Assembly (NCBI GenBank): GCA_002189035.1
Contig: NEEC01000018.1
Location: 1,984,001-2,048,000 of the forward strand
Direction: 5' to 3'
Length of the DNA: 64,000 nt
DNA from: Utricularia gibba
Lineage: Eukaryota > Plantae > Magnoliophyta
The notes beneath the pieces were generated by a model. The model was not told the origin of the DNA, did not search any database, and saw only the letters and a list, made by a program, of their open reading frames with translations. Position 1 is the first letter of the stretch; the number at the start of each line of letters is the position of its first letter. Positions 63,810-64,000 of the stretch are shown in pieces. Position numbers and translations under genes: made by a program.

Positions 63810-64000
63810 CTGGTTATGATCAATGAAGAAAAAGAAGCAAGCTTTAACAAAATTGGAAGACTCATTGTTGCCCAAATGGGAGCTGCATTTCCTAATGTTG
63901 CACCACAACCAATGTCAGCAATACTCATGACATCCGTGGGTTCCCTCTTTGGATTTCCTCCTTCCCAACTACAGGGCAAGACCAGTAGAAAGCCTGGTCA

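Overview
Gene-dense eudicot plant nuclear DNA with about 25 loci in 64 kb, mostly 65-170 nt introns and very short intergenic spacers. This is consistent with a miniature genome such as Lentibulariaceae (Utricularia/Genlisea); the taxon is an inference. In order: MSI4/FVE, ARID-HMG box protein, WIP-type KASH protein, CLC-f, RPL41 (two exons, absent from the ORF track), organellar YchF, an uncharacterised two-TM protein, a Pol III SRP (7SL) RNA gene, DCN1, KDSA, AMT1, a WD40 protein, AGPase small subunit, CBL2/3, a BCL7-like SWI/SNF subunit, an MPC pseudogene, a divergent COP1, fibrillin, SRF8-like LRR-RLK, an LRAT/PSE1-like gene between direct repeats, ANKRD13-like, a small conserved unknown protein, TOM1 and a PPR336-like gene. 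The most notable observations are: (1) an apparently functional but atypical 7SL RNA (short Alu helices, UAUAA motif, GCAA tetraloop on helix 8) only 177 nt upstream of the DCN1 start codon; (2) an AMT1 with a 69-nt intron, substitutions beside the Phe gate and a possible uORF-rich spliced leader; (3) a divergent LRAT gene bracketed by ~170-200 bp direct repeats; (4) two candidate U12 introns; (5) single-base frameshifts in APS1 and the PPR gene that may be assembly errors. I found no CRISPR array, tRNA, rRNA or intact autonomous transposon. All gene identities come from recalled family motifs, not database searches.
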